NCBI GenBank assembly: GCA_020348445.1
Contig: CP070751.1
Location: 16,832 to 80,831, forward strand
Direction: 5' to 3'
DNA length: 64,000 nt
Origin: Thermoplasmata archaeon
GTDB taxonomy: Archaea > Thermoplasmatota > Thermoplasmata > GCA-020350865
Part shown: positions 54,518 to 64,000 of the stretch, piece after piece
How positions within the stretch are numbered: the stretch's first letter is position 1
Layout of the letters: the number at the start of each line of letters is the position of its first letter
The notes under the pieces: generated by a model
Databases searched by the model: none
What the model saw: only the letters and a program-made list of their open reading frames with translations
Told to the model about the DNA's origin: nothing
Program-made: the position numbers and the translations under genes

Positions 54518-55552
54518 ATGTTCCTGAAACTCCATCTTGCTGATCTAGAAGGTGCCAAGAAGGTCATGCCCAGGTATTTTAGAATACTGGATGGCGAGGA
54601 GGTGGCCTCCTTTCTCAAATCCAAAAGATACCCTATCGCCATTGACTTTGGTTCTCCCGAGGATGTCCTTTGGGAGGAGCACGATAAGATAATAAAGAGC
54701 CAGGGGAGGGCCTCCGAATTAACTGAAAATCCACAATCATCCTTACTTGATCTCAAACTAAAACTCTCAAGACATATGCTGGCATCCTGTGATTTATGCG
54801 AGAGAAGATGCGAAGCAAACAGGTTGAAGGGAAAGAAAGGGCACTGCGGTGTTCTTCAATCGAAAATCTCCTCTGAATTCGTACATTGGGGAGAGGAGCC
54901 CGAGCTTGTCCCCTCCCATACAATATTCTTCTCAGGCTGCACTTTCAACTGCGTGTTCTGCCAGAACTGGGACATAAGCCAGAATCCAAAGGGCGGTAAT
55001 GTGATGTCACCCCGCAGGGTTGCCGAGATAATTGAAAGGCGCAGCGAGACAACAAAAAACACGAACTGGGTGGGAGGCGATCCCACATCCAACTTGCCCT
55101 TTATTCTCGAATGTCTCACCTACAGCAATGTCAACACACCCCAGGTCTGGAACTCCAATATGTACGTCACAGAAAAGACCATGAGATTGCTTGACGGCAT
55201 AATAGATGTATATCTTACCGACTTCAAATACGGCAATGATGAATGCGCCAAGAGGCTCTCCAATGCAACCAATTACTGGGAGATAGTCACAAGAAACCAT
55301 AAGATGGCTAGGGCACAGTGCGAGATGATAATAAGGCATCTTGTTCTTCCCGGTCATTTTAAATGCTGCACAAAACCTATTCTTACCTGGATTTCCGAGA
55401 ACCTCAAAAATGTCAGGGTAAATGTAATGGACCAGTACCGACCCGAATATAATGCTTATGAACACGAGGAACTGACAAGGAAGCTGCATAAGAACGAGTT
55501 CGCAGCGGCGTTTGACCTGGCCCAGGATCTTGGACTCAGCATCACAGATTGA
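54518..55552 (+). CDS. radical SAM protein (PflX/COG1313-like, PFL-activase homolog)
   Basis: CTFNCVFCQNW radical-SAM cluster motif. Upstream CDLCERRC...HCG motif is typical of the PflX group. Confidence 0.8.
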   Translation: MFLKLHLADLEGAKKVMPRYFRILDGEEVASFLKSKRYPIAIDFGSPEDVLWEEHDKIIKSQGRASELTENPQSSLLDLKLKLSRHMLASCDLCERRCEANRLKGKKGHCGVLQSKISSEFVHWGEEPELVPSHTIFFSGCTFNCVFCQNWDISQNPKGGNVMSPRRVAEIIERRSETTKNTNWVGGDPTSNLPFILECLTYSNVNTPQVWNSNMYVTEKTMRLLDGIIDVYLTDFKYGNDECAKRLSNATNYWEIVTRNHKMARAQCEMIIRHLVLPGHFKCCTKPILTWISENLKNVRVNVMDQYRPEYNAYEHEELTRKLHKNEFAAAFDLAQDLGLSITD

Positions 55553-55637
55553 TTTTTTTCTGTTTTATTAAAATTAGACATATATGATATTAAAAACAAC
55601 ATATTTAAATACCAATAAAAATCTTCAAAATTCGAAG

Positions 55638-56135
55638 ATGAACATGGCAAAGATATCTGGTTTTTCAGTTGAAGAGGGCAAGATACCCAAGCTGTCTTTG
55701 AGAGACTGGGTCCTGGCGATAATCCAGGATAAAGAGAAAAGAAAGAACAAGGATGCCATCTTCATAATGAACGAGGTTTTTATTTTTGTAAACGAAGTTG
55801 TACCGTCATTAAAATCTGAATTTGATTTCAAGAGCGCGTGGTGCGGTCCGTACAGCGAAAAGGTGGTAAAGAGTTTAGAGCATTTTATTGATGCAAAGGT
55901 CCTTGAGGTAAAGGAGAGCAAATCCACGGCAATAGGTTTTACCTATGAATTGACAGAGAGCGGTGCCAAGAAGGCATCCGAGATTACGTCAAAGCTTCCT
56001 GCTTCACTGAGGGACAAGATAGAGTTTTTAAAGACAGCGGTATCGCATATGGGCCCCACTGGAATGTTCCAGTACATATACTCGATATATCCTGAGTATG
56101 TGTTTCTGAGGGAGGGAGGAGAGAACATTGTATGA
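55638..56135 (+). CDS. Panacea/DUF4065 (SocA/GepA)-like putative antitoxin
   Basis: WCGPYSEKVVKSLEHFID resembles the conserved GPYS motif region of DUF4065. Start 55638 or 55644 (the TATA-like AATAAAAAT about 27 nt upstream suggests a leaderless mRNA). The track start 55584 is unlikely. Confidence 0.45.
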   Translation: MNMAKISGFSVEEGKIPKLSLRDWVLAIIQDKEKRKNKDAIFIMNEVFIFVNEVVPSLKSEFDFKSAWCGPYSEKVVKSLEHFIDAKVLEVKESKSTAIGFTYELTESGAKKASEITSKLPASLRDKIEFLKTAVSHMGPTGMFQYIYSIYPEYVFLREGGENIV

Positions 56136-56709
56136 CAGCATAATATGGATAGGGGTTATTATCTTCATAGCCTTGATTATCGCCTCCGTACTTTTTTATT
56201 TCCAGAATGAAAAATTCGATACAAAGTACAAGAAGAACATCGAGATCATAAGGGCTATCAAGGCCCAGAAGTTAAAGGATTTTGGTATGAAGTACTTTGA
56301 GGAGGAGGCTCTTGAGGTTAAAGCCAAATCAAAAAAGGAAGTTCCAAGTGGTGAGGACTTCAAGGACCTGGGAAAGAAGGCGCTTCGCTCTGGAAAGAAC
56401 CTCAACAGGCTAACCAAGAAGGCAGCTGATCTGAAGATGTGGTATGATTACCAGCCCAGGGCAAAGGATTTTTTGGTGAGTGCGGCCTTGTGGACTTTTC
56501 TTCTCGGTCTGATCTCCCTGGTGATCTGCCTCTCTATCTGGGCCGAGTTGAACAACGCGGGGGAGATACGCTACTCAGGCTACCTGAGTTTTATCTGGAT
56601 AATCATGGCAATTAATTTATTCAAGAATATTCTGAGGTATAACATAGTGACTACGAACATCAATAAACACATGGATATGATAAGAGAGGGGGATGTGGAG
56701 AAGTTCTAA
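56128..56709 (+). CDS. 3-TM membrane protein, putative toxin/effector partner
   Basis: TTG start overlapping the upstream stop by 8 nt. N-terminal TM, Lys-rich cytoplasmic region, two C-terminal TMs. Confidence 0.5.
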   Translation: MYDSIIWIGVIIFIALIIASVLFYFQNEKFDTKYKKNIEIIRAIKAQKLKDFGMKYFEEEALEVKAKSKKEVPSGEDFKDLGKKALRSGKNLNRLTKKAADLKMWYDYQPRAKDFLVSAALWTFLLGLISLVICLSIWAELNNAGEIRYSGYLSFIWIIMAINLFKNILRYNIVTTNINKHMDMIREGDVEKF

Positions 56710-56762
56710 GAAATGGATTAAGGGGATTAGGCTAATTCTCTTTTTGTGGTCTTGTTCTTTTT

Positions 56763-59700
56763 TTATAATAACTCAGTATCTTCCTCGGAAACATCTTCTT
56801 TTACTTCACCTACATCTTGTTCCTCAGATATTGGCTCAGTGATGTCCCCCTCTGTTGTGATCTCCTCTTTACCTTCCAATGTTTTCAATTCCATTAAGTA
56901 GTCGTCTATCCTTTTATCTAAAATCAGAAAATGGTTTTCCTCGATCTTGCCCCTGTGAACGTCCTTTTTGATGTCATTTCTCAGGATGATTAATTCTTCC
57001 TCACAGGTCTTGGGATCATCCTTGTATTCATCGAAGGTGTCTTCTACCCTTTCCATATACCGCCTGAGCTTACCCCGCTTTCTTCTTATAGTCAGGAACC
57101 CAATAAGAAATACTATAATTGAAGCTAGGACCGTTAGGCCAGTAACTATTGGTTCCATGGTCTCCCAGCTAAATAATCCCTTCTCTTCGGGGGCTTTCTC
57201 GGTGATAAATTCAATATTATAATTCTTATCGAGTTTTCTTCCGCCGATTTCTGAAGTGGCATTTGAGTAAATTGTAATTACATATTTCGTACCGTATTGC
57301 AAGTTTGAGTCGGGAATAAATATAATAGATTTACCTTCCTTAGCAAACATCCCATCAATGGAAGGGGAAATTGAAAATGCCTTATCGACACTTGTCTTAT
57401 CCATGGCTTCGGTGAAATAAATAGTAATTCTTGTTTCAACATCCACATTTGTAGAAGCATCTTCTGGAACGGTACTTAAGATTTGAACATTTACCGTACT
57501 CGGATCTGAAACAGTGGTAAATTCCCAAGATATTGCTGATTCAAGAGGATTACCAGTAATGTCCGTTGCACCAGTGCCAATAGTGACATTATATGTGGTA
57601 CTATAATCCAAATCAGAATTTGGTCTGAATACGAGTTGATTGCCTATCCAACTAGAAGAACCACCAACGTCAGGAAGAATTGAAAATGCACTTTGAACCG
57701 AAGCTTGATTCATTGGCCCATCAAATGATATCGTTATGGTTGTGTTTACGGCCACATTGTTGCCCATTGGGGACTTATCGATTACCGTTGGCGATGTTAT
57801 ATCCTGTGTAACTGTGATATCGATATCATTTAATCCGCTGGGCTCCGTACTGATCTGGCCACTTACTCCGTAATATTTAATGTTGGAAGGATCAACTCCA
57901 TCTTCTGCTTTGATGTAATATTCAAGTCCATCTGTCGTAACTGCAGTCCCTGGAATTTCCGAATAGTAAGTATCTCCAATTGGATTCATTTGCTGCATAG
58001 TGTAGGTTGATTGGGAAGGTTTTTTGTAATACAAAAATACATTTTTCACACCACTTTCATCTGTCACATCGACAGTGATATTGATAGGGATGCCAGATGA
58101 GCCGCTTGTTACGGGAGAATGGGTAATAGAAGGTGGAGTGGTATCAGGATCTTGTATAGTGATATCTATGTCAGTGAGAGGGGTGGGCTCAGTACCAGTT
58201 TGGCCACTGTTGCCGTAATATAAAATATTGTTAGCTTTGTCTGATGCCTTTAAATAATATTCAAGTCCTGCCGAAGTTGCTGCACTCCCAGGAATTTCTG
58301 CGGAATAGGTATTTCCATCGGCAGTCATTTGCTGCTCAGTATAAAGTGATTCACCCGGTTTTTTATAGTATAAAAACACATTTTTTACACCACTTACATC
58401 ATCTGTCACACCCGCGGTGACAGCAATCGGTGTTCCTGATGTTCCACTGGTAACAACATTATGAGTGATGGAGGGTGGAGTCGTATCATCTGTTATTGTT
58501 ATATCGATATCATCTGTCGAGGTGGGCTCTATCTCAACTCCGCCAAACGAACCAAAGTATATGGTAATGGCTGGGTCGGTTTTATCAGTTGCCTTTATGT
58601 AATATTCAAGTCCTTCTGTGGTAACCGCGGTTCCAGGTAATTCTACATAGTAGGTATTTCCGATGGCGTACATTTGTCGTTCGGTATAAGTTGATTCAGT
58701 GGGTTTTTTACAATAGAGATATGCCTTATCTATACCACTATGGGCATCCGTAATAACTGCAGTGAAATTGATTGGAATACCGGTAGCACCGGTTGTAATA
58801 GGTGTATGTGAGATGATTGGAGCGGACGTGTCAATATACACATCGACATATCCTTCAATAAGATTTCCAGCCGTATCAAAAGCTCTTACTGTTATGTTAT
58901 GAATTCCATCTTCTTGGGAAGGCAATGTATAGGGGCTTGCTTGGGTATAAAAGGAACCATGGTCTATACTTACTTTGTAATATTCAACACTGCTTGTCTC
59001 ATCCGTGGTTGAGAATGAGATCACAGGTTGGGTATCTGTAGTCCAATTACTTGGAGCTGCTATGGGAATGAAAGCATTAGGAGGAGTTATATCAATGTAC
59101 ACCTCCACATATTCATCTCGATAATTTCCAGCTTGATCATAGGCCCTGACCGTTATGTTGTGCGTCCCTTCGGCCTGGGAAGGTAATGTATAAGGACTCA
59201 TTCGGGTAGTGAAATCACCAGAGTCTATGCTGATATTGTAATAGTCAATACCGCTGAGATCGTCCGTGGTGAGAAACTCAATTACAGGTTGGGTATTGGA
59301 TGTCCAGTTACTTGGATCTGCTGTGGGTGTAAAGGAATTTGGGGGTGTGGAATCAAAGATGTAATAGGATGCTTCAGGAGGGGTTGATGGATCGGGTGGC
59401 TCCTCGTTCTCGGATATGGCTAACCAGCTGTAATAACCGTCCGCGGGTACGGTCCAGGGGTAGATCCCATCGGGTGTATTATCGGTATCCATTAAAGTCC
59501 ATGAATATGGCGCACTTGTATTGAGTGTGTAGTAAATAGTTACATTCGGTGGGGTTCCACTCATATTGTATGATATGTTAATGTCCGCCTCATTCACAGG
59601 GCCGCCCACTGGACCCGTGGCCATGGTGTATGGAGCTACAGTGAGGCCTGTGTTCCTGAAGTACTCAACAATAGTTACAGCTCTATCATCCCTGGTATAT

Positions 59701-60566
59701 GAGATGTTGAGCTCAGGCCTATAATAATCTGGGGGGACGTCCATGGATACATCAAAATTCCAATTCAATTCCAAGTTTCCATCTGCTGAAATGGGCCCTG
59801 GATTCGTTGACAGATTGATACCGTCCGAAAAAGTTATGTCTTGAGGTATTCCGCCTAAATTGAGATCGGCTTCAATATCAGAAATCGAGTAAGGGGCGTG
59901 ATTTGTCAGTTGAATCTCGCCATCCTGCCAAGTCTCGCCTGCCTCGAAATCCGGGTGAAAATCTGTCTCATCGATATCAGGAAGGTCCTCATGCATATCG
60001 GTTTCACCAGGGCTATTATCAGGATCGAATATGGAACTCACATAGATATCGAAATAAAAAGACTCGTCTGCGATAGAGGTGCCTATCGGCTGTTCCATGT
60101 TCTCTAGTAATATCCCAAGAGCATCCTCATACAAGAAATTGACATCTCCGCTGTTACCTATGTCAATTGTAAACTGGAATGTCTCGGATCCAAATGGGAA
60201 TATTGTATGACCATCATCCTCATCCATATTAGGAGTGAATAGGGGATGGTATGAAACAAGCGTCGCGTCGCCAACAAAGATATTATCAGTAGAATCAGTA
60301 TTTTCAAGTGTTAGCCACACATTTACATCCATGTCTCCAAGATGGTAGGCATTACCGTTCATGCTGTCAAAGTTGATTTGTATCAATTCATCCCAAGGGG
60401 GAATTGCTGGGTCATCCTCCATCCAATTATCTTCCCAACGGGCTAATATATCCCCACCTACATTCTCATCAGCCATAGCCCTTAAACCTACCATGGCCAC
60501 AAACGAGCTCACTGACAAGAAAGCTGCCACGCAAATAACAAATAGTATCCTTTTCACACCCGTCAT
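56763..60566 (-). CDS. giant modular cell-surface protein (Ig/FN3-like repeats, C-terminal TM, conserved cytoplasmic tail)
   Basis: Signal/TM at MTGVKRILFVICVAAFLSVSSFVAMV (ATG 60566). Module counts: 2x SGIDYY-type, 3x PxITHxPVTSG-type, 2x SbsA-Ig-like. TM then RRKRGKL tail. Confidence 0.8.
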   Translation of the reverse strand: MTGVKRILFVICVAAFLSVSSFVAMVGLRAMADENVGGDILARWEDNWMEDDPAIPPWDELIQINFDSMNGNAYHLGDMDVNVWLTLENTDSTDNIFVGDATLVSYHPLFTPNMDEDDGHTIFPFGSETFQFTIDIGNSGDVNFLYEDALGILLENMEQPIGTSIADESFYFDIYVSSIFDPDNSPGETDMHEDLPDIDETDFHPDFEAGETWQDGEIQLTNHAPYSISDIEADLNLGGIPQDITFSDGINLSTNPGPISADGNLELNWNFDVSMDVPPDYYRPELNISYTRDDRAVTIVEYFRNTGLTVAPYTMATGPVGGPVNEADINISYNMSGTPPNVTIYYTLNTSAPYSWTLMDTDNTPDGIYPWTVPADGYYSWLAISENEEPPDPSTPPEASYYIFDSTPPNSFTPTADPSNWTSNTQPVIEFLTTDDLSGIDYYNISIDSGDFTTRMSPYTLPSQAEGTHNITVRAYDQAGNYRDEYVEVYIDITPPNAFIPIAAPSNWTTDTQPVISFSTTDETSSVEYYKVSIDHGSFYTQASPYTLPSQEDGIHNITVRAFDTAGNLIEGYVDVYIDTSAPIISHTPITTGATGIPINFTAVITDAHSGIDKAYLYCKKPTESTYTERQMYAIGNTYYVELPGTAVTTEGLEYYIKATDKTDPAITIYFGSFGGVEIEPTSTDDIDITITDDTTPPSITHNVVTSGTSGTPIAVTAGVTDDVSGVKNVFLYYKKPGESLYTEQQMTADGNTYSAEIPGSAATSAGLEYYLKASDKANNILYYGNSGQTGTEPTPLTDIDITIQDPDTTPPSITHSPVTSGSSGIPINITVDVTDESGVKNVFLYYKKPSQSTYTMQQMNPIGDTYYSEIPGTAVTTDGLEYYIKAEDGVDPSNIKYYGVSGQISTEPSGLNDIDITVTQDITSPTVIDKSPMGNNVAVNTTITISFDGPMNQASVQSAFSILPDVGGSSSWIGNQLVFRPNSDLDYSTTYNVTIGTGATDITGNPLESAISWEFTTVSDPSTVNVQILSTVPEDASTNVDVETRITIYFTEAMDKTSVDKAFSISPSIDGMFAKEGKSIIFIPDSNLQYGTKYVITIYSNATSEIGGRKLDKNYNIEFITEKAPEEKGLFSWETMEPIVTGLTVLASIIVFLIGFLTIRRKRGKLRRYMERVEDTFDEYKDDPKTCEEELIILRNDIKKDVHRGKIEENHFLILDKRIDDYLMELKTLEGKEEITTEGDITEPISEEQDVGEVKEDVSEEDTELL

Positions 60567-60703
60567 TCCTATTCCCCCTATCCATTGTGTAGTCACAACT
60601 CCAGTTCCATGCAATAGGCCACCTCCTGGAATTGGACCAGGTATTTGAATAATATATGGATATATAAGTTTATCTTTTTATCTGGTCTTGGTCTCCCTCA
60701 ATC

Positions 60704-63700
60704 CTATTCAAATCCCCCACCAAGATCTTCTTCCTCTGAAATTGACTCCTCGGAAACTGGCTCTGTAATGTCCTCCTCCAACACCTCCCCTGCCTCCTCT
60801 TTTTCCATGGTTTTCAAATCCAATAAGTAGTCGTCTATCCTTTTATCCAATATCAGGAAGTGATTTTCCTCGATCTTTCCCTTCCTAACATCGACTTTAA
60901 TGTCTTCCCTAAGAGCAATTAGCTCCTGCTCACAAGCTTGTGGGTCCTTTTTGTATTCGTTGAATGTATCTTCTATTCTATCTATATGCTTCTTGAGCTT
61001 ACCACGCTTTCTTCTTATGGAAAGAAATCCAATCAAGAATACGATAATAGAGGCTAGAACTGTTGCTCCGGTGATTATGGGTTCCCAAACATCCCAAAAG
61101 GATTCCTTATCCTGAACCGCGTCAGCTTCTTTTTCTGTTTGGAATGCTTGATTAAATTCAGTCTCAAGGTCAATGTTAGCCAAATCTTTCGCACTTGTAG
61201 AAATTGTTACAGTATACTCGGTATCATAACTCAAGGGAATATCAGGCTTGAATTTTAAAGTGATCCCAGCCATTTCAACCCATTCGAATTTACCCTCTAC
61301 ATGCGGGGTGATTGAAAAAGCACTCTGTGTAACATTCATAATCATAGTTTCACTAAATGTAATTGTGATAATCGAATCAATAGGCACATCAGAACCATCT
61401 GGTGACATATCTAATACCTTGGGAGGTATTGTATCTCTTTCCTGGATTAATATATCGATATCATCTAAAGTTGATGGTGCTGTTAGAACTCGTCCATTTT
61501 TACCGAAGTATATAGTGTTAGATGGTAACGAATTATCTACCGCTTTTATATAGTATTCAATAAAATCTGTGTCAACTGTTGCAGCAGATATTTCAGCGGA
61601 ATAGATATTTTCTTGAAGGGTCATTTGAATTGGTGTATATACGACTTCGTTTTGTTTTTTAAAGAAGAGAGTTACACTTGCAACCCCACTATTTTCGTCA
61701 GTAACTGTTGCAGCAATTATTATTGATGTTCCTTTGAGTCCGCTTGTAACAGGTGTATGAGTAATCACAGGTGGAGTTGTATCAATATATACAACAATGT
61801 CTTCTTCGATAAAATTACCAACATTATCGAATGCCCGTATGGTTATATTATGAATGCCATTATCTTGATGGGGTAATGTGTACGGACTTGTTTGGATCGA
61901 AAAACTTTCACCATCAATACTAATTTCATAATGAGCAATATCGCTAAGATCATCTGTTGTCGAAAATGATATTTGTGGTTGGGTATTGGAAGTCCAACCC
62001 TCAGAACTAGTGGTAGGAGTAAAACTCTCCGGGCCTGTAGTGTCAATATAGACGAATACATATCCTTCAATGTAATTTCCAGCTTTGTCAAATGCCCGGA
62101 CGGTTATGTTATGGATGCCATCATCTTGTGAAGGTAATATATATGGACTTGTTTGGATTGAAAAACTCTCACCGTCAATGCTTATCTCATAATGATCTAT
62201 ACCGCTAACAACATCCGTTGTTTCGAATGTAATTGTAGGTTGTGTATTATCGGTCCAGCTACTAGGATTTGCTATAACAGTTAATGGAGAATCAGGAGGC
62301 GAGCTGTCATAATATAAATATGTGGTGTTGTAGCTAGTATAATCTTTATTGTTTATGTCGTCTACCAACCATATAAATATTTCATTCGAGCTTTCCAAAG
62401 GAACTGGAATACCCATGAGGGAATTTATCCCAGGGTTAGTAATCAATGTTCCATCGGTATTGGATGTAGGTGGAGAGTTGAACCTATAGTAAGCTCCTGC
62501 AATACCCGTTAAATCACTTGGATTCGTCCAGGATATATCGAATGAATTTGTGTTAATCCAATTGCTTGGTGTTACAGAAACTCCAATAGGGGAATCTGGG
62601 GCTGTTGCATCGTAGTAAAGATATGTTGTTGTGTAATTCAAATAATTGACATTACCCGCCTCATCGATTAACCAGACATAAATTGTATGATTGCCATCAC
62701 CTGTAACTGTGATACCATTTAAGGAAGTAACGTTTGAACCGGCAACGTATGTCCCATCGGTGTCTGAGGTCGGAGCAGAATCTAACTTGTAATACGCGCC
62801 AGTAATACCTGCCGTATCACTTGGATTGGTCCATGAAATATCGAATGAATTTGTATTATTCCAAGTTGCAGGATTCGCTGTAAGACCTATGGGTGGATCA
62901 GGGTCTGAATTATCATACAATAGATAAATTATCGAGTGATTATTATAATCTTTATTGTCTAAGTTATCGTTTAACCAGACATAGATAGTATGATTGCCTT
63001 CACCACTGACAATGATATTATCAATATATGTGATATCCACACCAGCGACATAAGTGCCATCCGTATCGGAGGTGGGTGCCGATTTCAATTTATAAAATGC
63101 CCCAGCTATTCCCGAGAATTCGCTAGGATTAGTCCATGATACCGTAAATGAATTCGTAGATGTCCAATCACCAGGTGTAGCTTTCAAATTTATTGGCGAA
63201 GAAGGTGCAAGACCATCATAGAATAGAATTGTTGAACTGTAAGTAGTAAAATTCACATTATTTGCATTATCTTTTAACCAGATATAAATCGTATGCACAC
63301 CTGAATCCAAAACAGATATACCGCTTATGTTGTTTATTTCCTGACCCTGGACGTATATACCATCATCATTGGATGTTGGCGCAGAATACAATTTGTAATA
63401 AACTCCCGCAATACCCGCGTCATCGACTGGGTTAGTCCAAGATACATTGAACGAATTCATATTAGTCCAACTGCTGGGAATTGCAGAAACACCAATCGGG
63501 GAATCCGGGTCCGTTGTGTCATAATGAAGATATGTTGTTGTGTAATTCAAATAATTGACATTGCCGGCTTCATCTTTTAACCAGACGTAAATTGTATGAT
63601 TGCCATCACCTATAACAGAGATATTACCTAAGAAAGTAATGTCCGAACCTACCACAAATATCCCGTCAGTATCTGAAGTCGGAGGAGAGTCTAGCCTGTA

Positions 63701-64000
63701 ATATACACCAGCTATCCCTGAGGCATCGATTGGATTGGTCCATGAAATATTAAACGAATTCCTTGAATTCCAGGTGCTCGGTTCTGCAGAAATTCCACCA
63801 GGTGGATCCGGTGCGGTTATATCTATTCCTAGAGTTTGGTAGGAGCTGTACGCACTCCAATTTCCATCAGAGTCCTTTGTGCGGACTTTCCAGAACCAAA
63901 AACCCTCAGCCATTGTAGTGTATCCTGTACCTGAAGGGAACTGCCAAAATTCGTTTGATGAACTTTGTTCACCGCTGTTATAATCTAGGCTTGTAAAACT
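60704..64000 (-). CDS. giant modular cell-surface protein, paralog (5' end beyond right window edge)
   Basis: The frame stays open upstream of the track's ATG 63913 to position 64000 (SFTSLDYNSGEQSSSNEFWQFPSGTGYTT-MAEGFWFW...). Six repeats of about 95 aa (SWTNP.D..GIAG.YYKLDS.PTS..DG), then the same module types and tail as 56763-60566. Confidence 0.8.
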   Translation of the reverse strand, partial: SFTSLDYNSGEQSSSNEFWQFPSGTGYTTMAEGFWFWKVRTKDSDGNWSAYSSYQTLGIDITAPDPPGGISAEPSTWNSRNSFNISWTNPIDASGIAGVYYRLDSPPTSDTDGIFVVGSDITFLGNISVIGDGNHTIYVWLKDEAGNVNYLNYTTTYLHYDTTDPDSPIGVSAIPSSWTNMNSFNVSWTNPVDDAGIAGVYYKLYSAPTSNDDGIYVQGQEINNISGISVLDSGVHTIYIWLKDNANNVNFTTYSSTILFYDGLAPSSPINLKATPGDWTSTNSFTVSWTNPSEFSGIAGAFYKLKSAPTSDTDGTYVAGVDITYIDNIIVSGEGNHTIYVWLNDNLDNKDYNNHSIIYLLYDNSDPDPPIGLTANPATWNNTNSFDISWTNPSDTAGITGAYYKLDSAPTSDTDGTYVAGSNVTSLNGITVTGDGNHTIYVWLIDEAGNVNYLNYTTTYLYYDATAPDSPIGVSVTPSNWINTNSFDISWTNPSDLTGIAGAYYRFNSPPTSNTDGTLITNPGINSLMGIPVPLESSNEIFIWLVDDINNKDYTSYNTTYLYYDSSPPDSPLTVIANPSSWTDNTQPTITFETTDVVSGIDHYEISIDGESFSIQTSPYILPSQDDGIHNITVRAFDKAGNYIEGYVFVYIDTTGPESFTPTTSSEGWTSNTQPQISFSTTDDLSDIAHYEISIDGESFSIQTSPYTLPHQDNGIHNITIRAFDNVGNFIEEDIVVYIDTTPPVITHTPVTSGLKGTSIIIAATVTDENSGVASVTLFFKKQNEVVYTPIQMTLQENIYSAEISAATVDTDFIEYYIKAVDNSLPSNTIYFGKNGRVLTAPSTLDDIDILIQERDTIPPKVLDMSPDGSDVPIDSIITITFSETMIMNVTQSAFSITPHVEGKFEWVEMAGITLKFKPDIPLSYDTEYTVTISTSAKDLANIDLETEFNQAFQTEKEADAVQDKESFWDVWEPIITGATVLASIIVFLIGFLSIRRKRGKLKKHIDRIEDTFNEYKKDPQACEQELIALREDIKVDVRKGKIEENHFLILDKRIDDYLLDLKTMEKEEAGEVLEEDITEPVSEESISEEEDLGGGFE

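Noticed and set aside
54350-54756. Minus-strand ORFs 54350-54535 and 54514-54756
   Set aside because: The first is a Pro/Leu/Phe-rich reading of the pyrimidine-rich complement of the polypurine tract. The second is antisense to the radical SAM gene.
1-64000. Search for tRNA/rRNA genes, transposases, integrases and IS terminal repeats
   Set aside because: Visual scanning found no T-loop/acceptor-type tRNA signatures in intergenic regions, no rRNA-like stretches and no recombinase/transposase-like ORFs. A tRNAscan/Infernal run would be the decisive check.

Overview
This is a gene-dense window, mostly on the minus strand, and it looks archaeal. The evidence is an aIF-2 beta gene, a presenilin/PSH-type intramembrane protease, AT-rich TATA-like promoters and many tightly packed operons with SD sites. 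An aIF2-beta-TRAM fusion, extracellular S8 peptidase, IOR and CooS suggest an anaerobic Thermoplasmata-like organism, but that is only a guess. I found no rRNA, tRNA, CRISPR array, transposase or integrase.

Landmarks:
- Stand-alone CooS.
- IorAB.
- A roughly 15-gene co-directional oxidative-stress supercluster (Fur/PerR, rubredoxin, FprA, desulfoferrodoxin, ferritin, five rubrerythrin/ferritin-like genes). It contains four small Cys-rich genes that the ORF track missed.
- A thiol-redox set (disulfide reductase, glutaredoxin-like protein, FTR-rubredoxin fusion).
- The methylmalonyl-CoA mutase operon.
- Two toxin-antitoxin-like pairs.
- Giant modular surface proteins.

The most interesting locus is at 5742-9683: a STAND (AAA_16-like) ATPase carrying an apparent Roadblock/LC7-like insertion plus TPRs, followed by a Ras-like small GTPase with an unknown C-terminal domain and a ribbon-helix-helix protein. 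A second GTPase-RHH-RHH copy lies at 687-2266, and a conserved palindrome follows each RHH gene. This cassette and an adjacent PIN/UPF0175 pair are bracketed by direct repeats, which are remnants of the 3' end of the neighbouring PAS-domain gene.

Other oddities are an AT-rich two-ATPase island, a presenilin homolog with a propeller insert, a 3 x 70-bp tandem repeat and a C-depleted purine tract.
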